DNA from: Eledone cirrhosa
Taxonomy: Eukaryota
Direction of reading: 5' to 3'
Assembly: GCA_964016885.1 (NCBI GenBank)
Contig: OZ024741.1
Span: 806,001-870,000, forward strand
DNA: 64,000 bases
A program made the position numbers and the translations under genes. Of the stretch, positions 62,501 to 64,000 are shown in pieces (the first letter of the stretch is position 1; each line of letters starts with the position of its first letter). The notes beneath the pieces were generated by a model that saw only the letters and a program-made list of their open reading frames with translations, ran no database searches and was not told where the DNA came from.

Positions 62501-64000
62501 ATTGGTGGTGTTGATGTTATTGTTGTTGTTGGTGTTATTGTTGTTGTTGGTGTTATTGTTGGTGTTGGTGTTATTGTTGGTGTTGGTGTTATTGTTGTTG
62601 TTGATGTTATTGTTGTTGTTGGTGTTATTGTTGGTGTTGATGTTATTGTTGTTGTTGGTGTTATTGTTGGTGTTGGTGTTATTGTTGGTGTTGATGTTAT
62701 TGTTGTTGTTGGTGTTATTGTTGGTGTTGATGTTATTGTTGTTGTTGATGTTATTGTTGTTGTTGGTGTTATTGTTGGTGTTGGTGTTATTGTTGGTGTT
62801 GATGTTATTGTTGTTGTTGGTGTTATTGTTGTTGTTGGTGTTATTGTTGGTGTTGATGTTATTGTTGTTGTTGGTGTTATTGTTGGTGTTGATGTTATTG
62901 TTGTTGTTGATGTTATTGTTGTTGTTGGTGTTATTGTTGGTGTTATTGTTGGTGTTGGTGTTATTGTTGGTGTTGGTGTTATTGTTGTTGTTGGTGTTAT
63001 TGTTGTTGTAGGTGTTATTGTTGTTGTTGATGTTATTGTTGTTGTTGGTGTTATTGTTGTTGTTGATGTTATTGTTGGTGTTGGTGTTATTGTTGTTGTT
63101 GGTGTTATTGTTGTTGTAGGTGTTATTGTTGGTGTTGATGTTATTGTTGTTGTTGGTGTTATTGTTGGTGTTGATGTTATCGTTGTTGTTCATGTTATTG
63201 TTGTTGTTGGTGTTATTGTTGGTGTTATTGTTGGTGTTGGTGTTATTGTTGGTGTTGGTGTTATTGTTGTTGTTGGTGTTATTGTTGTTGTTGGTGTTAT
63301 TGTTGGTGTTGGTGTTATTGTTGGTGTTGGTGTTATTGTTGTTGTTGGTGTTATTGTTTGGTGTTATTGTTGTTGTTGGTGTTATTGTTGTTGTTGGTGT
63401 TATTGTTGGTGTTGGTGTTATTGTTGTTGTTGATGTTATTGTTGTTGTTGGTGTTATTGTTGGTGTTGGTGTTATTGTTGTTGTTGATGTTATTGTTGTT
63501 GTTGGTGTTATTGTTGGTGTTGTGTTATTGTTGTTGTTGGTTATTGTTGTTGTTGGTGTATTGTGGTGTTGTGTTATTGTTGTTGTGGTGTATTGTTGTG
63601 TTGATGTTATTGTTGTTGTTGATGTTATTGTTGTTGTTGGTGTTATTGTTGGTGTTGGTGTTATTGTTGGTGTTGGTGTTATTGTTGGTGTTGGTGTTAT
63701 TGTTGTTGTTGTGTTATTGTTGGTGTTGGTGTTATTGTTGGTGTTGGGGTTATTTTTGGTGTTGGTGTTATTGTTGGTGTTGGTGTTATTGTTGGTGTTG
63801 GTGTTATTGTTGTTGTTGGTGTTATTGTTGGTGTGGTGTTATTGTTGGTGTTATTGTTGTTGTTGGTGTTATTGTTGTTGTTGGTGTTATTGTTGGTGTT
63901 TTGTTGTTGTTGGTGTTATTGTTGTTGTTGGTGTTATTGTTGGTGTTATTGTTGTTGTTGGTGTTATTGTTGTTGTTGATATTATTGTTGTTGTTGGTGT
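26584..64000. repeat. GT-rich satellite; monomers GTTATTGTTG(T/G)TGTTG(G/A)T (18 bp) and GTTATTGTTGGT (12 bp), with nested higher-order duplications
   Basis: Read directly over more than 37 kb. The + strand is almost free of C. Rare variants (ATTAGAGG, GTTCTTGG, GTTGACGTT, GGTATTGGTTGT) recur in identical contexts. Confidence 0.97.

Noticed and set aside
26587-63433. Plus-strand poly-Leu/Val, VIVVVG and Cys-rich ORFs, and the 10,466-aa poly-Asn ORF, as genes
   Set aside because: These are translations of the satellite. The ATGs at 63193 and 44892 are single point variants of monomers, and there is no unique N- or C-terminal sequence.

Overview
Eukaryotic, most likely animal, chromosome-end region with no intact protein-coding gene that I can support. 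(1) 1-13.8 kb: about three tandem, mosaic copies of a 4.3-5.3 kb subtelomeric unit. Each unit carries two decayed RTE-clade LINE relics and two paralogous copies of an unknown decayed ~110-120 codon ORF; a third, RTEX-like relic closes the unit but is missing from the truncated last copy. All LINE relics are on the minus strand. (2) 13.9-16.85 kb: telomere-adjacent DNA with a non-autonomous Helitron whose empty site is visible in the paralogous units, a 132-aa orphan ORF, and an ordered cassette of alternating palindromic dyads that ends ~50 bp before the telomere. (3) A 345-bp TTGGGG variant block followed by ~9.2 kb of TTAGGG. (4) A 200-N scaffold gap. (5) At least 37 kb of a nearly C-free GT-rich 18/12-bp satellite with nested kb-scale duplications. 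The giant ORFs in the track are translations of these repeats. The most notable signals are the telomere-abutting palindrome cassette, three 21-32 bp microinversions between repeat copies, the hidden pseudogene family, and the hexamer-phased satellite placed distal to the telomere.
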